A stretch of DNA of 64,000 bases. Source: Nageia nagi. Lineage: Eukaryota; Plantae; Pinophyta. Location of the stretch: the NCBI GenBank assembly GCA_050084985.1, contig JBITNC010000001.1:80972001-81036000 (forward strand). The letters are read 5' to 3'. The position numbers and the translations under genes were made by a program. The notes under the pieces were generated by a model, which was not told the DNA's origin, did not search any database, and saw nothing but the letters and a program-made list of their open reading frames with translations. Position 1 is the stretch's first letter. Each line of letters starts with the position of its first letter. Below are positions 63,701 to 64,000 of the stretch, one piece after another.

Positions 63701-64000
63701 GGTAGAAAATTCTTATTTGGCTAAAACAAATCCATAAAAATGAGGTAGAATGTTGTAGAGTAACCCCCTTTTTGTTTGCACCTACCAAAATTCGAAGTAG
63801 AAATGGTTTTGAATGTGTTTGGAATGAAAGTGATGGGTGTGGGGTAGGCCCTTTTGTTATTTAGTTATTATGGGTGCCTCTTGATGGAATTCCTGACACC
63901 GATCAATGTCAAGCTCATTGTCAGGAATAACATTAGGTCTATTGTTAAGAAAAAATAAATATAATTAAAAAATTAAAAACTTATAAAATTTAAATAATAT
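57716..64000 (-). mobile_element. CACTA (En/Spm) element extending beyond the window end, with a decayed multi-exon TnpA-like gene on the minus strand
   Basis: Terminus CACTACTAGACAATAGGGG and subterminal TGTCAGG motifs at both sides (TGTCAGGAATAACAT at ~58047 and ~63919). GT/AG-bounded minus-strand exon remnants at ~58400-58522, 61210-61287, 61380-61710, 61800-61920, 62010-62140 and 62480-62595. Confidence 0.72.
59057..60450. repeat. Higher-order tandem repeat (~370-415-bp units, ~3.7 copies) built from CCCTAA/CCCTAAA/CCACTAA telomere-like motifs
   Basis: Anchor GCCTTGAA..CTAAACTTTGAATG at about 59160, 59573, 59940 and 60312, with (CCCTAA)3-4 runs between anchors. Confidence 0.9.

Overview
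Plant nuclear DNA, probably from a large gymnosperm-type genome (inferred from the giant TE-filled introns and the style of the TE proteins; the species cannot be determined). One host gene is recognisable: a minus-strand plastid ADP/ATP carrier of the mitochondrial carrier family (TAAC/EAAC-like). Exons 1-4 lie at 47400-46966, 23080-23024, 21503-21441 and 21216-21160; intron 1 is 23.9 kb, and exon 5 is not in the window, so intron 4 would exceed 21 kb. The introns are filled with nested mobile elements whose ends I resolved from TG..CA termini and target-site duplications (TSDs): an Athila-like LTR inserted in a hAT transposase, a decayed gag/protease-less chromovirus carrying three solo-LTR-type insertions, a gag-only LTR element, a SINE, two more hAT elements and an intact young Ty1/copia. 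Upstream of the gene are a decayed LINE-like/solo-LTR region, a nested fold-back element and a CACTA element containing TTAGGG-type telomere-like arrays. The most unusual object is a 7,999-bp TG..CA insertion (2894-10892, 5-bp TSD, no gag/pol, no internal LTR pair). It looks like a giant solo LTR whose U3 carries a tandem-repeat array, its own promoter and leader intron, and one decayed ~1,045-codon ORF of unknown function. Next to it are signatures of inter-LTR gene conversion and of templated/fold-back break repair. All alignments and mismatch counts were made by eye.
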